Shown here one piece after another: positions 44,760 through 56,999 of a stretch of DNA of 64,000 nt. Source of the stretch: Lama glama (lineage: Eukaryota). A program made the translations under genes and the position numbers. The first letter of the stretch is position 1. Every line of letters begins with the position of its first letter. The stretch is from positions 101,432,001 through 101,496,000 of the forward strand of contig CM052816.1 in NCBI GenBank assembly GCA_028534125.1, in the 5' to 3' direction. Below the pieces are notes generated by a model. The model was not told where the DNA came from, did no database searches, and saw only the letters and a program-made list of their open reading frames with translations.

Positions 44760-45750
44760 TAAATTTATTCTTTAACAGCTTTATTGAGTTCACATGCCCT
44801 GCATTCACCCACTTGGCCTGCTCAGTTCATGATTTTTAGGGTTCTCACAGATGTGTGCAGCCACCACTGGCAATTTCAGAACACCTTTGTCGCCTCAGAA
44901 AGAAACCCATCACCCCTAGCCTTCCCATCACCCCCGTCCCAGGGAGCCACAGCCTGCGGTCAGTCTCTGAGAGACACCCGGTTTGGACATTTCCGGGACT
45001 CGTGTGATGCATGGCCTTTCGTGTCCGGCTTCTTCGCTCAGTGTGAGGTGCCCTAGGTTCACCAGGTCGCAGTATCGCTGCTTCACTGTCTTCATGCCTG
45101 AATAGAGTTCCGTGGTGTGGAGGGACCCTGTTTGTTTTTCTGTCCATCTGCTGGTGGACATCTGGGTGGTTTCCACCCTCAGGCGACTGTGAACCTTCGT
45201 GCACACACCCACGTAGACAGATTTCCAGTCTCGTGGGTTCCCACCTGCAGGGGGTTCGGGTCACATGGGGCGTCTGTCTCACATGTGAGGAACGACCTCC
45301 CTGAGGCCCTGATGCTCTTCCCAGTGGCCACTCCATCTCCCCACCACGTCCCAGCCCGCCAGCCAAATGGGAGGCTCCATGCCCTCGCCGACTCTCGTTG
45401 CTCTCGAATGTTTTGATTCTGGTCGTTCTGGTGGGTGTGACGTGGTGTCTCACGTGGTCTGGGTTTGCGTTTCCCTGATGGGTGATGATGTCCAGTGTCT
45501 TTTCATGTCCTTGTCCTTTGCTCGCCTTCTCAGAAGAATTGACTATTAAAATCTTTGTCCTTTTTATTATTGGCCGTTAAAGCTCTTTACATATTGTGGA
45601 TACGAGTTCCTTATTGAGTATACGATTTCCAAATATTTTTTCCATACTGCAGCTTGTCTTCACTTCTTTGATGGTGTCCATTTAATTTTGATATTTCCAG
45701 TGTGTCTGTTTTATCTTTGGTTGTTTGTGCTTTTGGTGGCGTACCTCTAG
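44760..45750 (-). mobile_element. L1 (L1MB/ME-like) 3' fragment
   Basis: tttaacagctttattgag...tgtgcagccaccact...caatttcagaacacc...ggtggacatctgggtggtttccac...ctctttacatattgtggatac, typical antisense L1M. Confidence 0.75.
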
Positions 45751-48700
45751 TTTCTTTGGGTCCTAATTTTTGACTTTCGGCCCATGTGGCTGCAGCCAAG
45801 AGGCAGGGCACAGCCAGTTGTCCTGGGAACTCCCTCGAGGTTATTGGTGCCAGGAATTCTTGACTGCAAGAAACACAGCTCAGACTCACTAAACCCCACA
45901 CAGGTTCGTGTACCGGAGCCCCAGGTGGGCAGAGGTGGGACTTGCCTGGGGCAACAGGACCGGGAACTCACCCACCAAGAACTCTGGGGCCTCTCTCTGC
46001 CAGAGACTCTGGACTTCCTCCGGGTGTAGACATGGCCTTGGCAGCCCCACCCACACACAGAAACCGGGGAAGAAGCAAGGACAGTCCGATCAGCTCTTCG
46101 GTGGTGGCCGGCCTGCTCTATGTCCACCCCTGTGCTTGGGGGGATGGGGGCAGAGGGGGTTGTGCTGGGCTGACGTGGACGGCAGCCACCTCAGAGTCCA
46201 AACCCAGCGTGGGTCTCAGCCAGGACAGAGGCACCGTGTGCCCTCACCTGTGTCTTGTGCCCAGGAGTACGGACCAGAAATCCTGAATCACCTTCAAGGA
46301 GGCCAGGCAGACATGCTGACTGTTTGTAATGTCCTGAGTCCTCCACTTGGTCCTGTTTGGATGCAGAGTGGCCCGTGGCTTCCCAGCCTCACGGAGCAGG
46401 GCCGCCAGGTGTCCCACATGGGCACAAAAAACGGCATGGATGGACGTTTCCGGAGAATGGCCACCGCCACCCCCTCCCTTCGGCTGAGGGCTGCCATCAG
46501 CTGGACAGACAGGTGAGTGCCATGAGAGGACAGGCAGCAGACCGTGCCCCCATTCAGACCCTGAACCGTCCCCCAGGATCCCTTGTCTGGGGTGCTGACT
46601 TTGGAGATGCCGCCTGGGGCACCATGCTTCCCGCTGGGCAAGCCTGCAGCGGTGTCCCTACCGGGCACCCTGCACAGTCCGCCTGCCCCGGGCAGGGCAC
46701 TAGCCCCCTCTGCTGGGCTCTCTGGGCTCAAGGTGGCATCTTGGCGCCTCGAGGAGCAGCAGGGTCCCCATACCTCAGCTCAGGCCTCTGGGGCCCAGGT
46801 GCAAGCCACACCCTGGTGCCTCCCAGGCGGGTGAGTCCGGCCCCCACAATGTGCACTCCCCTTCACTCCACTGAACCCTCATCGTCCATGCAAGATCAAG
46901 GGCGTTCTGAGTGTCCATCGAGTCCCCCGGCCTCAGCAACAGCCCGGAAGGGGCCGGGAGGGAACGGGAGCTCAGGGAAGGACCTTCACTGCGGAGCCCT
47001 GACTGCCAGATCTCGGGTGCACTCGCTGCTTGAGCTCAGGAAGGAGGGCCTGGAGCACCGGCTTGGGAAGTGCGGGCATCCGTCCAGCGGTCGGGCTCAC
47101 CAGCCAGACCTGGCACTTTAGCCTCCAAAGCCCTTTCCTCCATAAAAAACACTGAAGGTTTTATCTTCCAACTGCACCATCCTGGTCCTCAGCTTGTCAG
47201 CTTCCTCGGCGTCCCGACCAAAGGGCTGGGTCCACCCCTCCCAGCCAGCTTGAGCAACTGTGCCCGCGGTGCCCTGGGGGCCAAGGCTGCATCCACCATC
47301 CGGCTGGGCCTGGGCCCTTTGTCGGGAGCCGGTCCGAGCTGAGTTCCACCCACCTGTCGGCTGGCCTTGTCTCCATCCGGCCGCCTGGGGAGCGGGGAGC
47401 GCGGACGCAGGAAAGGCAAGTCCTCTGCTCCCAGCTTGCAGCAGTCACTTAACTTCTCGGGAAGAACCTCCAAGCTCAGAGTCTTTGGGTTGCTCCCTGG
47501 TGATGCTCACCTGTGATCTCAGCTGCAACACACACGTTAGCAGCAGTGCCCGGTCTGACCAGCGCTGCGGGGCACAGCTTTGACTGAGCACTGGCCACAC
47601 CCCGACACTGCCGAGGTGTAAAGGCCCCTCCCCCTGAAGAGGGCATCCCCATGAGCAAGGAACCCCCGAGAGTGGGCGGAGGGGTGGGGCTCTGACCCAG
47701 AGCCAGCCCACTCCTCCCCAGGCCCCAGAGACAAGGGTGCTCCTGCCAGGGGAGGGGCCGGATCCCTGGGCCTGGGAGATGGGCACCCTACCTGAGTCCA
47801 GACTCTTCCCCAACCCCGCCTGCAATCCCAGCTCAAGAGTGACCAGGGACGCAGCGACCTCAATCCCTGCTGGACCCTCCCCTCCCTGGCCAGCCTCCAA
47901 GGGGGGCCTTCTGGACCCTGTCACCACCAGCTCCAGGCCCCGCAGAGACGCCGGCTTGCACACTCCAGAGACTCGGGCCTGGAGCCCACTGTGACCACTC
48001 ACGACACAACGTGGCCTTGCCCCTTTGTCATTTTGTGGGTGGGAATGGGCTGGGGGTGCTCTGTGACACTCCAGTCCCGGACAGTCCGCTCTCTGGACAG
48101 CCTCTCCCTGTCACCAGCCTTGTGCAATGGGCGTCTGTCTGCATCAGTGCTGTGCTGCGATGTGACCCTGTGAGGCTGCGTGGCCCCTCCCTTGGCACCG
48201 GCTGGCGTGTCCTGGCCACGGCCCTTGTGGGACGCCATTCGCCTCCTGCCTTCAAGGCGGGTATTCTGCCCGGGACTCTACTTTCCTGCTGAGGCCCCTC
48301 TCCCTCTGCTGAGCTCAGTCCCTCTTCGTGTCCTGGTCCCCCGGGAGGGCCAGTGCAGGCAGGAGCACTGGCAGTGCCCTGTCCACTGCAGGTAGAGGAG
48401 CCGGGACCTACCGGAAGCTGTGACTGGCTCAGGCTCCCGGCAGCTGCGCCCTGAGCCCCGCCTGGAGGCTCCTGCCGCCCTGCACGTCCGGGCATCGAGG
48501 TGGCCCCGAGGGAGCTGGGAGGGCAGAGGCAGCAGGAGGCGGGGCCTGTGGGGGCCCCTTCCAGGTCATGGAGCCTTCAGGACAGCTTTGCTGTTGATAA
48601 AGCCAGTCCTCAGCACTTTCAGGGAGAAGGGCTGTGTTGACGCGTCTTCAGTCACTAGTCTGCGCCCTGCAGACTCTGAAAGCACCTTGTCCTCGTCACA

Positions 48701-49439
48701 CCCGCTCCCAGGAACCCCGCTGACGGGTTGCGAGGGCCCGTGCAGGCCATGCGGTGGACAGCAGCCCCAAGCCACACATCTGTGAAGTCTCGATGCCAAC
48801 GTGCTGAGAGGACCCCAGCCCTCGCCCTGGGGGCCCCCCAGTTGTCACCTTCCAGCACCCCAACCTGTGCCTCCCCCAGGGCCCCCAGGGAGTGTCCACG
48901 TGGTCTCTGCCCTCAGTGGCAGTCGCAGGTCTGAGGGCTTTCAGAGTCAGTGCCGACATGGGTTTTTTCCCAAAACCCGTGGAACCGGACGGGAAACTGC
49001 CGTTCGCTGCCCTCACGCATCAGGACGCGCACAGGTGTTCATTCCCGTCTCCTCAAGCGGGCAGTGTGGGCTGGATCTCTGCTCAGAGCAGCCCGCAAAG
49101 GGAGGGCTTCTCCCCACAGCCTCCAGGCCCTCCTGGTGGGAACTGAGCCCGCCAGCTCCCTGACCCCAAAGGACCCCTGCGAAGGAGGCAGGAGGTTTCC
49201 TGGGCCCAGGCGGGGAGTGGGCTGGGGGCTCAAGCTCCCTCTTCCTCCCCCAGAGATGGGACGCTGCCACACAGAGGTCCTGGAGAGGGAAGGCGAGCCA
49301 GCCTGGCCTTGCGAGGGGGCCCGGGACATCCCGCTCACATGCTGGCCGCCCCGCGTCCTCGCTCAGGTGGCCGCCGGGAGGCCGTCCTCCCCTGTGTGTG
49401 TGTGTTTGTGGCCTCTGGCCACTCTAAGGTCCGTGGAGC

Positions 49440-49525
49440 CTGGGAATGTGAGTGCTTGGGCCACTGCCCGGCACAGGACAGTTGCTCAGAAATTACTTGC
49501 TGTGTGGATGAATGAGTGAATGAAA
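49440..49525 (+). mobile_element. L2 3' terminus relic
   Basis: tgcccggcacag...tgctcagaaattacttgctg...gatgaatgagtgaatgaa tail. Confidence 0.55.
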
Positions 49526-49619
49526 AGTGCCCGGGAGTTCAGGGGGAGTCACCTAAACTTGCCTTGCAGATGAAAGCCAGAGAATCACTTCTTTGCAGAA
49601 CTGACACGGACCCTTGGAG

Positions 49620-49942
49620 GTTGTGTGTCTCAGCCACAGACCGGGCAGTTTATACACGACGGACATTTATTTCTCACAGTCCTGAAGGCCGGAGGCCAGA
49701 AATCAGGAGGCCGGCTGGGGCGGGTTCCGGAGAGGCCTCATCCGGGTGCAGATGGCACCTGCTCATTGGGCCCGCCCCCGGCAGAGAGCAGAGCCAAGGG
49801 AGCCGGCGCCCTGGTGACTCTTACACAGGCACTGACCCCAGACGAAGGCTCCACTCTCCTGAATCACCTCTAAACGCCATTGCTCAGTGGGGCAGGGCTT
49901 CAATGTACGAATTTGGGGGGATGGAACATTCAGTCAATATCA
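49620..49942 (-). mobile_element. MaLR LTR relic (MLT1A-like)
   Basis: acatttatttctcacagtcctgaaggccgg...gcttcaatgtacgaatttggggggatggaacattcagtc. Confidence 0.75.
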
Positions 49943-51645
49943 TGTGGCCAATAGAAAAGTCATGAACTGAATATTTTAAATGCTCAGGGATGCCTTGGAC
50001 CAAGGGGACCTGAGGCTCCTCTAAGAAGATGAGTTTTTGCCGCATCATGAATATACCCCCACGTGACTGCCTGGTGGGAACTGGACGTGTTGGGCTCACT
50101 CGAGTCAGGTCAGGGAGCTGTCGGGCGATTTGCAAGTGGACGTCAGCCTCTGGGGAGGAGAGGCGTGTGGGAAGTGCTTCTGACAGTCGCGGGCTGATGC
50201 GTTCTCTCAGGAGACACAAGGGGTGGCCAGAGCCACGCCCTCCTGTGCTAGTTTCTCCATTGGGGCTGACGGCACAGGGACCCGGGGGAGGGGGCTCCAA
50301 GTGCCACATCCCCTCCTTAGGACACCAGAACGTTTTGGGGAAGCTCTCGGCGTGTCCCGGGGAAAGTGGGGCTTTCCTGGCCTGGCCCCGAGGTCGGGTG
50401 GGTCCCTGTGCTGCCTTCTGTCCTCTGAGGCTGTCAGATGCCCGTGGTGAAGGGGAGGGACGGGCCGCCCCGTGGTGGGTGGAGGCTCCAGGGGTCCCAT
50501 GCCCTGGACTGCCCCGGGGACGCCCCCCCATGTGCGGTGCAGAGTCGCTGCGGCCACTCAGTGCCCTGGAGAGAGTAGAACCGTCTCAGAATGAGGGACA
50601 GCATCTCCGTGATGCCCTCGGACCTTCACAAGGAGCCTTCTTCCTCTGGGCCCTTTTCCCGTCGTCAGCAGATGGAGGACAACTTGGTTATGGGCTCCCC
50701 CTGCCTGGGGGCCAGTTTCTGGGAACCACTGGGCAAGGCTGCCCTGGAAGAACTTGCAAATAGAGGCAGAAAAGAGGGAGGGATGACCACAAGGCTGGCG
50801 TGGCCGCGCTGATTCCCGCGCGGCCAAAACGTCCTGGCAAGCAGGCTGCGGGAACCGCCCCCTCCCTCCTGCGAGCAGCAGGGAGACAAGTGACACCCGG
50901 TCTAGTCCGCGCGGGCCGCGGCCCAGCTCCACACCCTGCAGGCCACGTGGGCTGCTGGATGGTCACAGGAACGGGTCCTGCCAGCACCGCCTCGAGGAGT
51001 TCCCAGTGCGTGGCCCACGGAGGGCCCTGAGCCTCCCCATTTCAAAGCCTCCTGACCTGGCCGTGTGGCCAGGGCCTGCCCCTGAGACCTGCTGGGTCCA
51101 TCCCAGGCCAGGGTGATCGTGGTCACCATGCCATCCTGACGGAGACTGGGACCTGCTGCCCGGAATGAACTTGCATGGAATTTGGCCAGCAGGTTGAGGT
51201 CCGACGGCTGGCGTCGCGAAGTCATCGGCCCCGTGGGATCTGAGCCCTGGCTGGAGCCGGGCTGGGCCTCACGCTCACCTGCCTCTTGGAGACCAGCGCC
51301 CTCAGCCTGGCTCTGAACTCTGACGACCGTGGATGCCGGTGGTGGGTGAGGCTGAGTGCCCCGCTCCCAGGCACTTTGTTGATTGTGGAGCGAGCTCTAC
51401 AGATAGACAGGTAACAAAGCCTGGAGCCTTGGGCTGGCGCCGGACAAGACGTGAAGGAGAAAGAAGGCGCCCTGGGCTCGGCGGCCACTTCTCTCAGTGG
51501 GCAGGCTTGTCCCAGGGGACGTTTGAGTGGGGCCCAGATGACCTCGTCAGGCCCAAGACTCAACACAGAGAGGCCGGGGCTGGTCCCTGGGGCAGGTGTG
51601 CCGCTCATGGGAGCCTCTCCTGCAGACGCCTCGGGGATGAGCACA

Positions 51646-51735
51646 GGTGTGTGTGTGCGCATACGTGTACATGTGTGCATGTGTGCACATTTGTGTGTGC
51701 GTGCGAGTGTGTGCACGTGTGCACGTGTGCACATG
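51646..51735. repeat. TG/CA alternating low-complexity tract with (GTGCACGT)n
   Basis: gtgtgtgtgtgcgcatacgtgtacatgtgtgc...gtgcacgtgtgcacgtgtgcacatg. Confidence 0.85.
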
Positions 51736-51774
51736 GTGGGGGTTGTGGCCTCATCACAGCCCTGCTTTTAAATA

Positions 51775-52125
51775 GATAAAATAATTGGAAACAGCCTCAC
51801 GTCCCCCAGCGGGAACGAGGACAGTCACCACTCCCGCCTGGGGGATGCCGCGCAGCCTTCAAGTGGCCAGGACCCGAGCAGACTTGGAGGAAGAACGTCC
51901 GCCCCAGACTTACTGTTGAGAGAGAGACGTAGCCAGTTTCAGAACATATTTTTGCTATGATCCTATCTGTACAAAAGTAATTCTATCTGATTTGCATGGG
52001 GTGTGTCTGGAAAGACGCATATTAAATTGTTAACAGAAGTTACTTCTATTAGAAGAAGGATGAGAGGCTTTTTTTCAGTTCTGAACTTAAAAAAATTTTT
52101 TTTACAATAAACACATGTTTTTTAA
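51775..52125 (+). mobile_element. Ancient L1ME-like 3'UTR relic
   Basis: aaataattggaaacagcct...tatgatccta...tctggaaag...aaattgttaacag. Confidence 0.5.
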
Positions 52126-52877
52126 TAGATGGGAAAAATTTTTAAAAAGTACAAGTTTAAGGGGAGGCGGATGGTAGCACCCCTCCCCCGGGGATCGTTG
52201 GCTCCAAGAAATCAGCCTAGGGTTGATTGCAGACCAGAGTCCCTTGGCAGCAGAGTCTCACTCCCAGGACTGGTTAGCTGGCTAACTAGTCCTCAACGCT
52301 TTGGTTCTAAGGTAACTGACTAGCTCTACCGGGCAGCCCCCAGCAGGGAGGGCAGAGGAAAGGGGGGCTCCGAGGAGAGGGGCACTAGGGAGCTGCCGGG
52401 AGGGGCCTTGTTCTTTGCAGACTAGTCCGGGAAGCTGAGCTGGGTGGCCTGGGCGGGGGCGGGGTGCGGTTTGGTCGCTCATTTAGCTTCAGAGGTAAAA
52501 GGGAGTGAGCACCAGACTTCTTCGCCGAAGTCCGATGGTTGGGGCTGGTGTTCCTCATCAGTGCTGGGCACCGGGTCGACCCCGCCGTCTGGCAGCTGCA
52601 CCCCCAGCGCTGGGCTGCTTCTCTGACCGCTGGGGACTGGACCCGGGCCCCAGCTCCAGCGCTGCCCCCGAGACGCACGGAGCTGGGGAGGGGGCTCTGC
52701 TGGGACATCAGCCGGGAGCAGACCTCTCTCTCCTGGGTGGGGCTCCTCCTGCTGGACCTCATCCCCGTTCTCACCTCACCCGCACCTGCACTGTGGATCC
52801 CGGAGCAGTCAGTCCTGCCCAGCGTCTCCGGAAAGGTGTGTGAGTGGCTGTGGCGAGTCAGGGGTCAGGTGGGTCCT

Positions 52878-52990
52878 GGAGAGACAGAGTCAGAGACAGT
52901 GACAGAGGGAGAGGCAGAGACAGAGTGACAGAGAGACAGAGCAACAGAGAGACAGAGCGACAGAGTCAGAGGGAGAGACGAGACAGTGGC
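52878..52990. repeat. (GACAGA)n-like purine-rich simple repeat
   Basis: gagacagagtcagagacagtgacagagggagaggcagagacagagtgacagagagacagagc... Confidence 0.85.
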
Positions 52991-55900
52991 GAGGGCCAGT
53001 GCGGGCCCACTGCAGGCTAGCCGTGTGGGCTGAGCCATCCTTCGGCGGAAGGCTCCTTCAGCACAGACACGGGGACACTGCACGGAGCTCTGGGGCACCT
53101 GGGCACACTGGTCAGGCTGTCACTTGGTCACCTGCGTCCCTTGAAGCCCAGATCTGGGAATGGTAGTTGAGTGTGTGCCCCTGAGAACGTTTTCGCCTGG
53201 TGTTTTATTTCCCAATCTCTCTTAACCCGAGGGAGTGAATCGGAGCCAGGAGCAGCCCACGCCCTCTGTGGGGCACCGGCCTCACCCAGACACACCTGTG
53301 GTTTTGGCTCCGGGAGTGGACGTGCTACTCACTTCGGAGAAGGACCGGCAAACAATGTGTGTCTGTTTATCCTTTGAAACTGCAGTGTAAACGTTCAGAA
53401 GCAAGGGGGCTCCAACTGCAGTTTGATTAAACTGAAAAGGACCACGGTGCCAGCCACCCCGGAGGCCCCTCCCAGCCAGTGCCCACTAGACCCCTCGGGG
53501 CCCAGGCACCCTGCAGATTTGGTGCTGCTGCCCCCGCATGCGTCCTGCATGCGTCTTGCATGCGTCCTGCATGTGTCCTGCATTCTTGCTCCAGTTTCCA
53601 GCTGGCGCTGTTGTCAGTGCTGCTTCCAGACCCCGCGAGCCGGTCTGAGGGCGCCCTCTGAACTCCCCGCTGAGGCTGCCAGCCGTGGGCGGGAGCAGGG
53701 CCGCGGGGAGGGCGTGCAGGGAGCAGGGCAGACGCCACCAGGCAGCCTCCCGCTGGAGCGGCTCTCCGCCTCCCTCCTGCGGCCCTGCGTCCTCGCCCCT
53801 TGGATCCCCCAGCCACGCGGCCTCTGCAGAGTCGGCTGTCACAGGTTGAGCTGTGTCTACCTGCGTATCAGCCCACTGAGCCCCTTCCTGTTGCTGGAAA
53901 GCCCCCTTGGGAAGTGCTGGTTCGGGCCCTTGGCCCGGTTTCCAGCATCTGTCTGCCCAGCTCTGGAGCGAGCGTCCCTGGTGGCCCCGGGCACTGCCCC
54001 ACGTCGTACCCGCGTGTCCCTGCCGCGTCTCCCGGGCTGGGGCTGGACATTCCCCTGGTGTCTCGGATGGACAGACAGACGCTCTCAACCTTACTGAGGC
54101 CCGGTTGACCCCTCCCTTCTTTCATGAACACAGCTCCTCTGCCCTGGTTGAGAAGTCTGCCTCCGGGTCATGAGGACACGTCCCTGTTTCCTCCAGAGGT
54201 TTGTTTCTCGAGTCCCCATGTAGGCCTGTGATCCACTGTAAATTTTTGTTTCTGACAGCAGCGCGGGTCAGGGTTCCCGTTCCCTCCCACGTGGGTACTC
54301 CGGGAACCATTCGCACCAGCTACTGGAAAGTCTCCACTATCTGCAGACCTCATGCGCTCTGTTCTGGGTCACTGTCCCTGCTGCCCGGCCGCAGCCACCC
54401 AGGCGGGCAGAGCTGAAGGTGCCGGGGCCTGGAGGCTGCCCCGAGGGCCCGGGCCACCCAGCCACCATGCAGTGAGAGTCAGGGCCAGACACACGGGCCG
54501 GCAGGGTCTGTGAGAGAGCCCGGGAAGACTGGGCCCGGCGGCTGCCCCTCCCACGGGCCTCCCGCCCCCGCCCCCACCCACAGGCTCCACAGAGGGCCCT
54601 TTCTGAGCCACGGGGACGTCCGGAGTGCTCTGGGAGAGAAGAATGCATTGTTTTCCAGGAAAGCGTTTGACGAGGCTCACCAGCCAAGGCAGCACAAGAG
54701 AAATAAATGAGACACAATCGAATCTATTCGAAGACGTTCCCGACTCCGCTGCTCCTGCAGATGCGTCCGGCGCGACCTCCCTCCCCAGAGCCGCAGCCCC
54801 ACGGGAGCAGCAGCCTTTCCCTTGGCTGAGGGTGTTTATTAGATCTCGACTGCAGTCACGAGAAACGGTTCCTACAAAAGTCAAGAGGAAAAGGAAACAC
54901 GTCAAGGAAACAGGACTGTTCAGCTCATCTCGTCTTCAGGGGCGGCCGGGGCCCTGCAGCACTGAGGCCGCACCCACACAGAGCAGAGGCTAGACGTGCA
55001 GGCCAGGCGCCCCCAGCGCCTTGCAGACAGACATTCGGGGGAAGTGGACGACGGTCGGAGCCGTGCGTCTGTCACACTCGCTGCGGGAGGCAGCGCCTGC
55101 CCTTTGATGACTGTGTGAGCAATAAGCAAGTGCGGGAGAGAAGTCTGCCCGGGAGCCGCCCGTGGGGCCCCGTGGGCCCTGGGACCCGGCGGGTCCATGG
55201 CGTCTGGCCCTGCAGCCTGTTACCTGGTCCGCGTTGTCCACCAGGAGTGGGCGGCTGAGCTGAGCCAACTTTGCCTGTGGCCTCGGCCTGGCCACCCGGG
55301 AGGGTGCTTCTGCCCCACGCTGGGGCCCCGACAGCTACACCTGGTCCCTGCAACCGACAGGTGCCTCCCGAGAGGGGAGTGTGGGCTCCTCATTTCTGAG
55401 TCTGAGTCCCTCTCACCACCACCCAGGTGCCCAGCCAACCTGAGCGAGAGTTTGGTGTCCCCTCCTGCCCTTGGCCCAGGGACCTCATGGACAAAGAGTC
55501 TCGAAGAGATGTGATGCCCCGAACACCTCGCAGTGTGAAACGCACAGGCCTTCGCTTGTGTGTGATGAGGTCCTGGGGGAATGTGACTTGTCAGACGTGC
55601 AGCGAAGACCCTGTCATAAGGGCTCTGAAGGCTCACGGTGCCCAGCTTTATAAACCGTTCAGTAAGACAAACACGACAAATGCTCCGAGGCCACAGGAGA
55701 GGGTGGAGCACTTTGTCCAGCTGAGCATCCTTCAAGCTGGTCCATAAAGTAAGTCCCAGCGGTCATTTCTGGAAACTTGTGAAAACATAATTCTTTAGTT
55801 TATCTGGAAAAGAGAATCCAGTAGTAGCCAGGGAAGCCCTAGAAAGGAAGAGCAAGAAGGCACAGCTTGCCCTCAGGGGTGTTAGCTGTAAGGATCGTGC

Positions 55901-56999
55901 GCGCCCCTGCAGACCTCGCCCCGCGGCCCTCTTTGCGGTGCTGTGAGGGCACCGACAGGCCGAGCAGCTCGCACACGGCTCCCGGGGCCCAGCGCCCCCC
56001 TTCTGGCACGTGGCTGGTCCCCGGCCTGGGGCCGCGGCCTGGCCTCCCTGCCCATCCACGCAAACCACCTCCCCGTCCTCGGGCCGCGCCTGGCCGCGGG
56101 GGGCGGTGTCAGCGAGGACACCCCTCTTCCGGTCCGTTCGGGCAGTTTTTCCCTGCTCTCTCTCGTGTGTGGAAGGCTGGTGCTGGCGTGGCGGGCCACA
56201 CCGTCAGCCTGACTTTGGCCTGGGCGAGGCCAGCTTGTCGACTGACCCCGAGGTGTCTCTGCAGACGATTCTACGTCCACACACTCCCAACGGCTTGCCC
56301 TGCTCTTTGGGGGCAGGACCCTGCAAAGCCCGTTCGACACCAGGCGGGGATGGGGGCCGCCTGCCTTTCCTCCTGGTCCCGCGGGAGCACGCTGCCTCTG
56401 TGCGGCGTCCCACAGAAGAGGCACCTGATCCGGGCGGTGGGCTGGGGCTGCAGGGCTCCAGCTCTCGGCGAGTCCCGGGTGATTCCGTTCCCTGTGCCTT
56501 CTTGCACTGATTTTGGCGTCCCCTAGTTTTCCAGGAACGTCCCTCTTCTACTTCAGTTCTTGAGCGTGTCGGCGTCTAACCTCCGCTTTCTCAGCTGCAC
56601 AGGCGGCAGAGGTTGGTGTGGCTATTATTTGTTTAGGTAACAATTTTGAGTAAGTAACATGTCCGTGTGGTTTAGCAAATATACAGAGAGGTGTAGAGTG
56701 GAACCCCCCCCCACCCTGGTCTCTCCCAGGCCCACGCCTTCTAGAGGCGACAGGCGTGTGCTTCTGGGTGGGGGGGGTCCTTCTCAGTCACATATGAGGA
56801 AACACAAGTCTGCCCCCATTTTTACAAAAAAGACAAGTTGTCCCTGAAAGATGCCAGACGGGGTTCCAGCCCTTGAGCACGTGTGGCGGCGTTTACAGGC
56901 CCCGACGTCCGGTCGTCGGGGAGAAAGCCCTGTCTGGCCGGCAGCTGTCGCTCTCCGACGTGCTGTTGGATCCTGTCACCCCAGATGTTAGACAGACTT

